Source of the DNA: Trichosphaerium sp. ATCC 40318
Taxonomy: Eukaryota > Protista > Tubulinea
NCBI GenBank assembly: GCA_038496445.1
Contig: JALMLS010000253.1
Coordinates: forward strand, 118,298-182,297
Length of the DNA: 64,000 nt
Reading direction: 5' to 3'
Positions 23,701 through 38,100 of the stretch are shown here, in pieces (the first letter of the stretch is position 1; the number at the start of each line of letters is the position of its first letter). The notes beneath the pieces were generated by a model. That model searched no databases, had not been told where the DNA came from, and worked only from the letters and a program-made list of their open reading frames with translations. Made by a program: the position numbers and the translations under genes.

Positions 23701-26700
23701 GGGTTGTTCTGGAGGTGGCTTTGTTGATTCTTTTATAGCTTTTATCCAAGACTGATAACTCGTCTCTGTATAAGCAGCCATTGTTAATTTTTTCTTTGTT
23801 TCTTGAACCCAGAAAGTGAAGTATCTTTTATGTTTTATCCGTTCTTCTAATGTGAATTCACCTGCATCTAAAACATCGTAGTAACCATATGGATGCTTTG
23901 CTTTTTCTGATTGGTATTTAAATAGCACATTGCCACGAAGAGAAACCCTTCAAGGAGTCAATCAAATACCCAAACAAGCGAAATTCTTTGAAAAAAAAAG
24001 TGGTACCAGATCCTCTTCCAGCCTCCAAAATTATCCTGTTTATTCAACCACCTAAGAGGTTTTTTCTGTAAGTACTAGCATGAGTGACGATTTAAGTAAG
24101 GTACCCTGTGTATATCTTTGACTCGGGGTTGTTTATTTCCTCTTGATTATGAGCTAAGAAATTTTGAACAAATCTGTTCTTTAGAAGCTCCTTATCAGAT
24201 ACAACCATTTGAATCCTAACATAGTGAATATAAGCAAAACAAAAAATATTGCGAAACGAAAAAAATCAAAACAAGGACCGATAGCAACATTGGTGTTTTT
24301 TTTTTCAGAAATAGAAAAAACTATTTATAAAACAAAACGTGACGATTTCTCTCTTGCTCCAAACACATACCATGCTTGTAATTTTTCTTGACGCTTATCG
24401 ACAAAATGCGGTGATGTATTATACAATAATTTTTTACCTGGAAACTTTGATGTAACGTGACGAGAGTTCGGGAGTAATCTCAACTAAGTAATCAAATAAA
24501 TAAAAACTCCACTGCAAAAACGCCATAAATCACGTTTTCAAGAAAGAATATCTGGCTTCCCGGATTACTTACCTCCTGATTCAATTTACTAAATTGGCTA
24601 TACCTCCTGTATATAAACCACCTATTATGAGGCATATCCACCAAAATTTTGTAGCACTAAAGGTTACAGAAATTGTAAGTTTTTTACGAAGCTAAGAATT
24701 ACAATAAAAAAAGAAAATCCTGTCAATGACATACAGAGTATCGTGAGTGATCATGCTTGAGTAATTGATGAGCAAGAAGACTAACCGTCACTGGTAACTT
24801 TACATAGCAACTATAGATGTTATTAACAGGTGTTGTAAGAACGTTACAATACCTAGTATCCTCTCTACTGACGTTTCTAAATGAAAAGGAGCTCATTCGG
24901 TATAAATGCTTTTGTTCTTGTTCGGATGTGCTGTCACCCTCCTTTTTCAAGTTTGTTATAAAATTATATTCTATTATTGTTATTCACGTACGTCTTCTTC
25001 GCTCATGTACTCAATTTCATCCATTTTGTCTAACAGAGTCAACACTTGAGTTTTTTTATCAAAAAAGTCTTACCATCTAGAAGAGCAAAATCAAGACTTC
25101 CTGATCTTCTTCTTACACGATTCGGTAGTGATTGTTTTGGACTTACTTGTAATCCATGCTTAAATATTATTTAATCCAAAATTGAAAAACAATAGCAAAT
25201 TCACGTGATACTGTGCATGACAAAAACCACGTGGTTTTTTGGGGTTTTTTCACGAAATTTAAAAACTTTATGTCGAACCTTTCTTCTACTATTGGAACCA
25301 CGAAGCGATGAACTTTGTTGTTTTCTGTGAGTATTAGTTCTCTTCCTTGTTGGTCTTGAACCAGTCCGGTTTTTAGGTCGAGATGAAGATGAATTTGAAC
25401 CTCTTATTGATGGTTGTGTTATACTTGATTTACTTTCTGTATCAGGTCCTGTTGATGAAGATCCAAGAGATTTTGGTATCAAAGAGGCTTTATTAACACT
25501 CGAACTTGGACTCATACGGATTGTTGGTTGCCTCTATACTTTAAAAGTTAACAAGAGTGAACAAAGTAAGCATAAAAAAACGTGAAAAAAACGGGTGCAT
25601 ACAATCAGTGATGCTTTGTGTTTTGATAATGGTTTTGGCCTTGCTCTTTTATTTGATTTCATATCAATAGGTGCACTTGACGTTCTAGAATGATTCTTCT
25701 TTCGCAAACGGTGCTGCAAAACTCCTAATAAATAAAATCATTAAAACTTCTCCTATGACAGTAGACTAGCATGCAAACAGTGCCACCGTTTTTCTCAGGG
25801 TGTTTTGTGTAAATATTCTAGATGAATAATCGTACTTGCATGTGTAGGAGGCGATTCAAGAGAATCCGTTTTAAAATCAAAGCCATCAACTAACACGTGG
25901 GTGAGAATGGGATGAAAAAACCAGCCAAAAATAAATTAACATGTGATGATTCTTTTTACCTGTCATTTCACGCTTTCTTCGAGCAGATGTCAGAGTAGTA
26001 CTTGATGTTGCTCTTAAATTATCAAATACGAATATAGATTCCTTTTTAGTAAGTCCTGGGTTATCAAATATAAAAACTGATTCCCTATTTGAATCAGTAT
26101 CTTCTTCTCCACTATTGAATGAATCACTGAATGAGGGTAGTGTATCGCTTGATTCAGAAGCCTTCCTTGTTGGTAAATAAGCTATAGATCAGTATTAGAC
26201 GAGTCATAGAAAGTTCACTGTTTGTCAAAAAAATAACCTTCTTCGTTGACATTTTCGCCTTTTTTGTCCGACAAATCTGATTGTTGATTCAAAAAATCAT
26301 TGTCAAGTTCTTTAGGATCAATAGTCAGCCTATAAGCAGAATGTTGTAAAGAAGCAACAGCCACATCAGGTGCTATAAAAAAAGTTAATTATAAAAGAGG
26401 TATCAAAGACAGTCACTACCTTCAGTAACACCAACAGGACAACTTTTGTTTGAAGCACTCAGCTCTTTTGATAGCGAAATCTTTACACTTGCTATCTAGA
26501 ATCAAAATGTAAGACAAACATTCGCACGTGATTTCAGTATTGTTATATCCACTAATACGCACCTCAGCACGCTTTATAGCGCGTACAGAAAATTGACGAA
26601 CAATACCAGGTGTTATATTTTGCATCACTTTTTTTTTGAAACGTATAGATTTACGATCAGCACTACCAATGTTTCCACCCATCCGGAGAATCTCTCCACT

Positions 26701-27610
26701 ATTTAAGTTATCATCTTCCTTATTAGGAGTTTTTGGAAGATTTCTTGGCTCTGTTCTTGCAAGAGGTCTTGTTTTGGGTGGTATTCTAGGTGGTGGAATT
26801 TTCTTCTTTGGTGCTATTGTTGGTGATGCTATTTGCTTTGGTACCACTCTGGGCGGTGCTTTTTGCTTTGGTACCACTCTGGGCGGTGCTTTCTTCGGTA
26901 CCACTCTAGGTGGTGCTTTCTTCGGTACTCTTGGTGACTTTGGAGCAGGCTTTGACGGTCTTCGTTGTCGTAGCGAAGGCAATCTATCTCTAGATGGTGG
27001 TGGCGGAGGTCTAGAACCAGGTGCTTTTGGTGAAGGCCTTTTTGGTGGTCTCGATTGAGGCATAGGCGGAAGTTGCTTTTTCTGCGCTGTAGAAATCACG
27101 TGTTATAAAAATACGTATGAAACAAATATTTTTAGAAGGTATTTTTACATACCTGGAAGTGGCGGTAATTTTTTAACAGGTGCAGAGAGGCTACCAAACC
27201 TGGGAGAATTTACTCCAAATTGACCCGTGCTTGGTTTTGGATGACGCCTAAACTTATTTAGACGCAGTTTGTTTAAACTGTAGTAATGATACGGTGTGTC
27301 CCATGCAGTTTTTGAAACAATAAAAAAAACAAAAAAAAAAAAAGGCCTTGCTTTCCATTACTCATGATCGAGGTTATTTATAAATATTCTGTTCGAATAA
27401 TGTTTAATAGCAGTATTTTGTACCTAAGTGAAGGAGGTGCACGGGTGAAAGAGCCACCTGCTTTTGGTCTTTGGTTCTTGAAAGCCATACTACTTCTGTT
27501 CTTCCCTACGGACACGTGTTAGTAATAAAATCTCACTCTTTGTTTAGTATAAACGTTTAGTATGTACCTAATGGTCTACTTGTATTTGTACCGCCTAATA
27601 CGTCTGCCAT
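20707..27610 (-). CDS. Pro-rich + PX + PH + two RhoGAP-like domains signalling protein
   Basis: PX: WFIYRRYSQFSKLN..FPGKKL..FVDKRQEKLQ. PH: GWLNKQ..GGWKRIW..LFKY..SWIKAI. GAP1: GLYRVPG..VKYLTTLPE. GAP2: VAGLLKKYLKDLPEPL. ATG at 27608-27610. Confidence 0.8.
26834..26932 (-). repeat. Coding tandem repeat of 27-30 bp units encoding KAPPRVVPK(Q)
   Basis: Three to four near-identical copies of (t/c)ggtaccactct(g/a)gg(c/t)ggtgcttt. Confidence 0.85.
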
Positions 27611-27911
27611 ATCACGTGATGGATTGGCAAAAGTGTATTTGATTTTTTTTGTAAAACAAAAGTACTGATTTCGGTTGTTCTACGTTTGCTTGGTATCTGA
27701 TGTCCAAATAAAGTTATATTTAATATACCGTGGGTTATGGCGTGTTACTTACAAGACTCTACAAAAGCCGAAAATGTCGTCAAGGCGAAAAAAAAAGAGA
27801 CGGACATTTTCACACAATGTCAACCAAAAAAAGTTTTAAAAAAGAACTTCACGCCAATACAAGCTTGTGTGTTTGTACTTTTCGAAACAATTAATACCTG
27901 TTTCTTTCTTT

Positions 27912-29667
27912 ATGCACGCAAGGGCTCTAAAGCACGTTGATAGATGTTGTGATGATTTGCTAGAAAAGCTACGCCGGTTAAAAAGTAATAACATTATCCG
28001 ACACGCTCTTAAACCATATGTACGTTATTTTGTAGCTTATTTGATCCAGTTTGTGATGAGTATTGATTTGTTAATCTCCACGTCTAGGAATACGACTCTG
28101 ATTTTGAATTGCTTGAGTTCTATGGCGACGCCGTATTGTATCAACGAATCTCAAACATGCTAATGGTAATTTATTACAAATCGTTTAAAACCTTACAATA
28201 GTAGACTACACGCAGATTTATGAACCCACATCTACTTTCTAGCCTTCGCGTGGAGTGTGTACGCAACAGCAATTTGGTGCGTTCATAAAGCGTTGTATGA
28301 GCTTACTTACGCCGTATAGATCCATGTTTTTGACAAACTGCATTTGGGAGACTTACTACCGTCAAACGTTAAACTGACGTCGCCTAAAACCAAAGCAGAT
28401 ATTGTAGAATCCCTCATAGGTACGCTTGCTTGTTTCTTTTTGAATTAAAACGTCATTTCTTTACAAAACTCGCAAAGCGATACCAACGGCCCCTTTCGAA
28501 CCATAAACAACGAAAACAACAAAATGTAGATTCGTTACAAAACATTTCGTAATCTCTTTCACTAGGGGAACTATGTGAGGCAGTTCAAAGTGATGATACT
28601 ACAGCATCAAACCATATTTCAACGGCGTTGAATGAGTTATTGACATTTATTTGCTATGAAGGAGAAAAGAAATTTCTAGTCGGACTGTCAAACCATGAGA
28701 AGACACGTAATACAAAACATGAGGTACTAATCTACAAAAAGAAAACCAAGATAAGAGAATAGATACAACTAGTTTTTACTCAATAATATTTGGAAGCAAG
28801 AAGCCAAAGAGCTTTCCAAACAAGAGAAATCTCGCAGTTTTTGACATTTTTTTTTGTTCGCTCTTTTTTTGATGGTTTTTTTTAGAGGAGTGATAAGGTA
28901 TCTGTAAAGAAATCAGATACCCCTAAGACTAAAAAGATTAATCCTCATGCATACAGATCACACCAGTCTCCTAGTACGTCCAAAAAAAAGCGATTTTTCA
29001 ACTTCTTTGACTGCGTGTCAATAAAAAATAACTGAACTCAAAAAATTATTTTTTTCTTGCCTACCTCGTACTCTTACCCTCATTTTAACGTGTTTATTAA
29101 TTAACATTAATAGATAAGCGTAAGACTCCTAAAAAACCACACAAATCACCAAAAAAGCCAGTACACGAATACGGATCAATACAACTTGTAACGAACCTTC
29201 AAAAATCACCAACTAGAAAAAATCATCCTTCATATTCTTCATCACCACAATCACACTCTCCTTCAAATAAAAAGAACCAACCAAAGTATACAATAATAAA
29301 AAACCCACATACACGCCAAAGACATCAACAGCAACAACAACAGGCGCCAGAAAGACGTTCCAACAATTTTGAAACAATACATAAAGAAAAAGAAAGAGAA
29401 AATGTCAATGATGGAACATTAAACGGAGGTATAGAAAGAGATGCTGTTATACAACCTAAAAGAGAACCAAAGCTATTCTTAAACAAGAATACTCTTATTA
29501 AGCCTATTATGAACGGATATCATCACCATGAAACAAACAATACATCAACAAGTCCAACTAAACAGATTAATATACCTCTTAAGAGTCTATACACAGCAGA
29601 CCATAAACCTGTGATTTCTAGATCACCAGAAACGCCAGTGTTGATGTTCTATCAACCTAATTCTTAA
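27912..29667 (+). CDS. Single-domain RNase III protein with long low-complexity tail, no dsRBD/PAZ
   Basis: Spliced exons give FELLEFYGDAVLY (RNase III signature), LSSLRVECVRNSNL, KTKADIVESLIGEL. The start may lie further upstream (ATG 27774). Confidence 0.8.
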
Positions 29668-30192
29668 CAAGAAAGTAACTGGTCTTCTAGACACGAACAA
29701 CAACAACGCGACCAAAAAAAAAACCAAAATATTGACAACTTTTTTCACGTGTCAACCATAGGCCTGTCAAAATAATGGAGCTATAACAATGCAGGCATGT
29801 AAATACGAATTGGTCCAAGAGATGCCTATCAGATGATGCAGAAAGTATTTTTTTAGCTTTTTGAACATCAACCGATCCAACAAGAAAAATCTGCATTCCG
29901 TAAGAGCGAACAAGAATCAACTATCGCTAGTGTTCCGACAAGGAAAACAAACAAACTTCCTCCTTTTGGAGGACCCAAAATAAGCTGTTCACAAACGTCT
30001 ACTCAGAACGACATCACATAAGAGTCCTGAAGGCCGTAGAGTCCTATGTGAACTGTAGGCATTATTGATATTGTATTCCTTTCGTAGCAGGTTCTTGTCG
30101 TTGGAAAGTGTTAATAGTACTGACCTATCACTAACAGGTTGTCCATGGTTCGTACGTAATGCTCAAATGGTGTTGCTAACTGTCGCTCATAC

Positions 30193-31387
30193 TTAAACAG
30201 GATTTTTGCAAGTTTGTAGATACGAGAAAGTTCGTTCTTTATTAGTTGCAACATTGATAAAGATTTCTAACTAGCATAATCGTATTTCTTCATTCTACGT
30301 CTGATAACTATAACACCTACAATAACTAAAAATATATTAGTATCACGTATTTCTTACTGGGTCATTGCAATTTGTTGTCAGTTTAAATGAAGTCTCGAAA
30401 AAGTTGACGAAAAAAAAAAATAGGTGCGTACTTGCTACAATGATGATAACGACTACTACTGCTCCAATTGCAATACCTACAATTGCGAGGGTACTTAAGC
30501 TACCGCATTTCATGCTTGAACTACAGGTGCCACCTGATTTCTTGCACTCTTTCTGAAGTATCTCATTAGTTAAAACTACTCAGCAAAAAAAAAAGTAGAA
30601 CACTAATTGAATAAAATGACGTACAAGGGTATCTTCAGCAAGTGCTTTTGTATCAGCAGAGTTGGAACATGCCTTTGGTGTACAGTAATCGACTTTAACT
30701 TTTACTAAAAAGAGCCATGTAAGCAAAAAGAGTTCATTCAATTTGTTTTTTCTTGTATTGCCAAAAAAACCAACATTTGGTTTGATGCTTACCGCTGAAA
30801 ATGATGACATTCATCTTAGATTTGAGAGTGCACATCGATCCTTCAGTTGCTTTACATTGACTCTTGTAGTCGGATGAAGCTTTTACGTTACAAGTAGATA
30901 CGTCTGAGCACTATAAAACAAATGTGAGGCCATGAAGTATGCAACAAACTGCAATAGTACGTCTTTGGAAACTGTCTGGGTATAGTCTTTTAGCGCTTTA
31001 CTGTACTCTGTATTCTTTTCAAGATCCTATAGACCGTGTTAGATCACTCCTTAGTTTGTTTATGTCCGTAAAGTAGCATATATACAGAAAATGTTGTTGC
31101 AAACAACAGAGACACTTTTGCTATTTGAAAACAACATACCTCGAAAGCTGCTTTACAACCTGCAGAGATACCTTCAGCGTCTTTTCCTGGTAGCAAATTC
31201 GAATCCTCTTGAGATATTGAATGCTCTAACCGAACAAAGAAATCAACAACAACCGCACAACAACTAACAAACTTTTTTGGTTTGCAGGTTTTCGAAATTG
31301 AAGAAAAAAAAAGTACGTACTGCTTGATAACGCAAACATTATGCAAAAGGATAAAAAGACTAGGAAGCAGATATTTGAGGTGTTCAT
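30193..31387 (-). CDS. Type I membrane protein with Cys-rich ectodomain
   Basis: Signal MNTSNICFLVFLSFCIMFALSS, Cys-rich exons, TM LAIVGIAIGAVVVVIIIVA followed by stop-transfer RRRMKK and a short tail. Confidence 0.65.
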
Positions 31388-32542
31388 GTTGATAGCAAGT
31401 AAATTCTGGGATAATGACAAACTGAACAAAAGTGGCAGATTTAGACAGCCAAAACCCCGGGTTTACGATTCCCAAAAAAATACGTGTACACCTACACATA
31501 AATTCTTGTAATTTATAGCACTTGTCAACTCGAATTCTGGGACGTATTTGAAACTGTTTTACAGCGTCCAATATACATATAGAAGAGGTTTTACCCAAAA
31601 GTAGCAAACTCAGTTTCACGGTATTACACTTTTTAACACGACTCACCTCGAAACCTAAGTTGCTTTTTTAGCATGCAATGACAAATAGAACCCTTGTTTG
31701 TAACAAAGTACTACAAGTTAACTTCCCGTACAATTTATGGCAAACTTGGAAGGAAAAGACAATATTTCGCCAAAAATTTTGACTTTACCGGAGAATGCAT
31801 TAGACTTCAACATGAACGAATGAAAGACCTCGCAGAAGCACACTTCGCTATTGCAATGTTATTAAAAATACGGTGGCCATCAGCTTAGCTCTTGAAAGTC
31901 AGCCAAAGGGACAAATTGTTGGCCATGAACCTACTTCTACACTCTCAAACTGTCGCATCTATAAAACACTGTGTTGGAGTGGGGTGGGCCCTTGTACGAC
32001 AACACACCGAACGAACGAGAAATAAATTCTCAGTTCAACCTCCACTTCTGTGGCTTGGACGCTACTCATCGCCTTTACAACTCGCATCTTGGGGTATAGT
32101 ATTTTGTTGATACACTTATAAACCACTAAAGAAACCACCCCTTGTAAAAAAACAACTACACAGCAGCAAATAAACAACGTAATGTAATATCTAAAGTTAT
32201 GTTTCTTCTTTTTCTGTTGTACTTGAAAGTCTGTTTCAATGAATCAACCTTGATACCAAAGTATTTTGGTTTCTGAGTTCAAGAGCGATGAAGACCCTAA
32301 CTCGGTACAATGTTGTTTTACAGCAAGTGTCAAGAAGACTAGAAAACACATGCGTAGCTTTTGTAAGGCACGTTTGGCTCAGAACATTACACGGCACAAA
32401 GAATCCGCACGACTTGTATAGTAACACAATAGCACTATAACATACACCTACAGCCACGGCATAAGCGTACATTACCTGAAGCAATAAAGGAGACCCAATT
32501 CTCAAGATCGCTATAACCACGTGACCTATTACGTAGCTCAGT

Positions 32543-34561
32543 ATGTTTACGCACGCGAGAGCAAAAAACAAGATAAAGGCAAGTCAAAACAAAAAAGCCT
32601 TATAGAGCTTTTGTGGTACAAGTAAGCTAACACGATTCCTCGTTTATAGTATGGAGCAATGGTCATATTAGGAAGCTGTTTGGTGTTGTATTGTACCACG
32701 TGCCTCCGTGCTGCTGTCTTTCCGCAACGTTTATTCCGCTACCCTCAAATACAAAGCCAAAAGCCGCCTTTGGCGCCGGCTAGGTTTGCCCCTTTCCAGG
32801 TATGTCTTCGACGGAAAACAAAATGATGTTTACCCGGTGTCCCAAACAGGCTGACACTAAATCACGTTTTAACAACGTGTTCGCTCGGTACCAAACGTGG
32901 CACGCGTCACAAATGACAACAGAGTACGTTATAAGAATCAAGAAAAAACTAGAAAAAAAAAGTGCCCAAGTTTCGCGTTTTTGTTTCGTCTCTGTGAAGA
33001 TTTTGTGGTCTAATTCTTGGGTTGTAGTGGTTGTGAAACACGTGAGTTCATAGTATGGAAGCAGATAGCTGGTTTGGGCAATAGGTATTACTCATTGTAT
33101 GCTGCAGTGGACTTGGCAATTACACTTGGTCGGGTTCTTGTTATTGAATGGCCTGAGTTTGAAGAAATTATTGATTTTCCTTTTGAAGAGTTTTATTGGC
33201 GTGACAGTAAGTAATAAGAATGCAATTTATCAACAAAAAAATAGTTTTTGAATCGTAGATCCACGTGGATCTTGTTTTTTCCATTTTTCTGACATCTTAT
33301 ACAGTTTTGGAGAAAGGATATATCTGTCACCACGACATCGTAGGTGTATCTGGGTTAGAATTTAAAACCTCAAAGTATGAATCTATATCATCGGGGTTTT
33401 TTATTAATCTATCCAAAGGGCAGATCCGTGGAGTGACTATCCTATACACTACAATGGTGTATCGTACATACACGACGGGTACTGTAACATTTGTAGATTA
33501 TACAAAGTGAACTAACAGCCATGGTAGAGTAAGAGAAACACTTACATCTCGTGCCAAAGGCGGAATGAGTACCCTTCCTAAAGTGCTTGTTGTATGTCGA
33601 TAATTTTGAGGTTTTGTTCATATACTAGTTTCCTTTGGTGCATCTAACCCTTGTTTAGCTACTTGATTATATTAGTATCCCACTAACTAAGGAATTATCT
33701 CCAATACAGCACATACTTGGCGACGAAAAAGCTATGTGGGGAGAGTACGAATATGACAACTGCATGTGTTAAGGTTTAATTTTGTGAAAGGTTTTACACA
33801 GAACTGTTTATACCTTCTGAACGTGTACAAAAAGAGATGATAGATCCTGCTTTAAAAAAATTCAAAGGCCACTTTGTTGTTGGTATGCACATTAGGACAG
33901 GGTGGGAGAACAGCTTGTGTACGTTTTAGAAAGTACTTTGGTTTGTGTGCCAGTTTGGCTATCTTTTTTCTTTGATCGTTTTTGGACGTGTTGAGTGCTT
34001 GTACTTCGACTTTATTTTATCATAATTATTTGCTAATTGGGTTTTAGTGCCATGGAAGATTCTGTATTATAAACGTGAGCTTGGTAAGGAAGATATTAAC
34101 AGGTTTGAAAAGTGCTATTTGCATTTTGATAAAACCAATAAAAAAACTGTATTGTTCGTTACATCAGATGCTCAGCATATTATTGATAAATACAAGAAAA
34201 AATATGGAGATAAAGCAATTACTGTAAAATCCAAGATAAGACATGTTGGTACGTTTGCCATGTTACCAAAGAAATCAGTCGAGACCTACCTTTTTCTTTC
34301 CTTTTTTCTTCTTACTTTTAGAGCTTTTTTCTCAAACTTCTCTTAGATACTGCGTCTAGTTGGCATGATAAAGCAAAAATATTCTCTGATAACTACCTTT
34401 TAAGACAATCAGATGTATTGATACTATCAAGACAATCCAGTTACTCAGCAGTAGCTTCATTTGGTAAAAAACATTATTTTATCAAAGATTCAAAATGTGG
34501 ACAGCCATTACATTTTAGATGCTTTGGAACGGAAAATGATATTGAGCCAGATTTTTGTTAA
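32543..34561 (+). CDS. GT-B fucosyltransferase-like protein (NodZ/FUT8/GT37-type motifs), type II membrane
   Basis: Signal anchor, GLGNR, LGRVLVIEW, VGMHIRTG, LFVTSD, DNYLLRQSDVLI..SSYSAVA. Confidence 0.8.
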
Positions 34562-35153
34562 CCTACATCACATGAACCTCAAATAACTGATGTACACTTG
34601 TACATAAATAAATACCAAATCTAAAACTCAGTCAACCGTTAACTTGAACAAAAACAAAACAAAACAACATTACAACTACATCCTTATTGAAAAGCAAAAA
34701 TGTCATCTCAACTAATTGACTTAAAAAAGCACACCATGAATAGTTTTTTTGTTTTTATTTGGAATATGTACAAATGTCTTTTCATGAACCAAATACATAG
34801 TGAGCCTCTCGAAAAGCGCCAACAGATATAAACAAACACCAATAATTTTATTTCCATTTCTTTTTTCCCTTATTTTTTTTTGGCACGAGACGTCTCAACA
34901 TAAAAGCAATATGCTCCAACACTGCAGTAACGCGATAGTTACCATATATGAATAACACCACATACTAAAAAAAAGCAAATCGCCAATATCCATTACAACA
35001 GATGAGAAAACAATAAGAAGAAGAAAAAACGAGGAATACAACTTATTATGAACCACCTAGTATTAAGGCTTTAATAAGCTTCTTCCTTCTTCTTTCTTCT
35101 TTGTTCGCCCATGTATGAGTGTTTATATTATTTGTGCTGGCGTTGAGGCCTCA

Positions 35154-38100
35154 TTACGATTTCTGTGACTTGGCAAACCGCACGAAAGAGTCTGTTTCCA
35201 TAAGAACATAAATCGATTTTTGAGCTTCATCAAACAAAGAAGGAGGGTAATCTCTTCGTTTGACACGACTAGTAATCTTAGCCTTAATATCTGCACTACA
35301 ATTGACCGTTTCTGAATAGAAGAATTTGTTGAGAATGTGCTGTGCGGCCGCCGCAGTGGGATCGGATCGGTACTTTGCTGCAGCGTCATAAAATTCCAGA
35401 TTTTCTGAACTGTGTTCTCCTTTGAGGAATTCGAGAAATTGACGGCGTTTAGCGCCATCCTGGAGATAACGCCTAAGCGGAGCAGTACCCAAACGCTCGA
35501 TGATAAAGTCAGTCGAGGCGTAGTCTACATAGAAAGTCAACAAAAAGCTCACATTTAACAAAAAAAAATCGAGAAAAAAAACTCAAGCTGGGTACTGACC
35601 TAGTTCGTCCTGTAAGATATGGTACAAGTGTTGAGACGCTAGTTTCGCTTCCTTGTAGAGTACTTTAAGTATTTCAATGAGCTTAGGGCGGCTCTCGCCT
35701 TTATCGCGACATTGTTTAATGATTTTGACAATGCTCTTTGGTATGCCTTTTGGAAAGTCAAGGTCACTTGCATAATCGTCATCCGCCAACTACAAAAGAA
35801 AAAAAATGTGAGTAAATCATTACACTCTTTCAAGCTACAATAGAGTAAAAAGCACATACAGGATCCGCTTTTGCAAAAATTTCATACAAGACACTACCCA
35901 ATTGGAAGATATTATCAGCTCTTGTGTCATTGAAGGTTAAGTTTCTATTAACCAACTGAGTCAGCGAAGGACAATAATAATTAACATGTAACGTACGGTC
36001 CATCTAGACCATATGCCAAGACACTAGCTTGAACAATACTTCTCTGTACAAATGCAACCTAAAATAAAGGTAAGTTGTAAAGTATTTTATCGCTCGTGAT
36101 TGAGGTACCTTTATGTTCTGTGAAGATATGTTCTGCGGAATAATACGTGGTTCGGCATAGTGCAGAGCATATAAGGCCTCACAAATTCCAATAGCGACCT
36201 TGATTTGGACAATCTTGGTGAAGTTTTTACCCTTCAAGCTTATCACAGTTCTTAGTGATTTGTCGGTAATATCAGGAGCTATCAATGCATGTTCTGTCAC
36301 AGAAACACCAACAAAAGATAGGACATTAGGATGGCCAAATATTCTTCAAAGAAAGTGAGCAAAAATAAATCCTTGTAAAACAAGAGATATCATACCCTTG
36401 GAAGAATGGCAACTTCTTGACTTTAGAAAATATATCTTTCTTCAGTACTCTAACAAGCACAAGCTCTGTGCCAATAGTGGCTTGGAATACTGCAGAATCT
36501 GGATAATCCGCGTACTGAAGTAAAAAACGTTAAATTTGATGGGAACGAGAATAAAAAAAAGAATGCGTACTTTGACTAGATTCTCCATACTGCCTTGCGA
36601 ATATGTCTTGAGAGGCTGAATAGAATCTGCATCATCAGACATAACACGCTTTGCGAGAATCCAACGTGACCAACCCTAAATGGATTCAATAAGTAACCGC
36701 GGTACCTCTAGCGATATCAATGGTACTTACAGCGCAAAATACGTAATTTTCGCCAAGTCCAATACGTTGCTTTACAATTGGGATAGGTAAGGTTACAGTA
36801 GGCTAGACAAGGTGTATAAGCATGGTATTATAAGTATGTAGATTCGCGTACGCGATCTTCGCTCTCGGCTGGTTGTACTGGAATATGTTGAGGGAAACTC
36901 TCAATCGAAAAAGTACCACCTTAAAACAAAGTCAGAAAGACCGTTGATAAATAATTTATTTCCCACGTACCAAAGTAGTAACCTACACGGGCAAGAGACT
37001 CCATAATTAAGTCCTCTAAACGTTGTCGTGCCCACCGATCCTTGAATTTAAATAAAATACGCAAGCGGTCTCCTTCAAGAAGTTCTACCCGCGCGGAGCA
37101 GTATTGGCCACGGCCAACGGCGTATGCCTCGCCCTTCATCTCTACGATGAAACCTGTTCTCCAGTACTCGCGGACTTCTCCGCAACGGAACATATCAACC
37201 ATCAACCTCGCAAAAAATCCGTTTGGTATGCGCTAGGCGGCGTTAGTGATAGGACACCACATTAAAACCATTTATAAAAAAAAGCGTACGCGGAAGCGGA
37301 GGAGGACATGGAGATTAGCAAACTTGAGCCAGCTCTTTGTGTTGTGTTCTTCTTCCTCCTTACGGGTAGCATCAAGTTTTGGAAGAAAGGCAGGGAACAA
37401 GTCATGGTCATCCGTTAGAGAAGTAGAGAGCATGAGTTGATGCAAAATTTGTCTGACCTACAAAACAAGGTTAGGTTAATCATTTCATATGGTTTCTTTT
37501 TGTACCAAATCATCAGCACCAAAATTCCAGTGCCTTCTTCTCCAAAATTGGTCCATTGTTGGTGGTGCTACCAACACTCCTTCCTTGTTTACTTTGTGCA
37601 CTTTTGTGAGTATCCTAGATAGCCAGGTAGGATCAAGAATAACCAACTGTGTAGGAGGAGGCATGTCAATGATGATTCCCTTCTCGGATAAAAAGGTCAT
37701 GGCACGACGAAGCTGTGGGTCATGGGTAATGCCGCATTCGTTTCCAATTTTCTACGTAATAATTAATGCCAAGAGAGCCTAAAGTTTACTAGCAAAAGAA
37801 TCGCTTACCTTAAAGTCTTTCCAACTGAGCAATGGATCTTCGAGGTGCGACAATATTTTTCGCAACTGAAAGTACTTAAACGGAAAGTTTTCTTGAAACA
37901 CTTTGTTTTTGACGCATTTCTTACTGATAAGCTGTCGAAGCTCAGCCATACCAGTACCATCCTTTGCTGAAACTGCCTCTACACCAGTAATTTGTTCCAT
38001 GAACTTGGCACGAATCTCCAACAAGATCTACAAGGGCATAAGCTCTCAGATGAGGAAAAGAAAAATAAGATTTTCATCCTTAGCAATACTATACCTTCTT

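Noticed and set aside
26636-27058. Gly-rich 140-aa plus-strand ORF
   Set aside because: Antisense shadow of the Pro-rich repeat exon.
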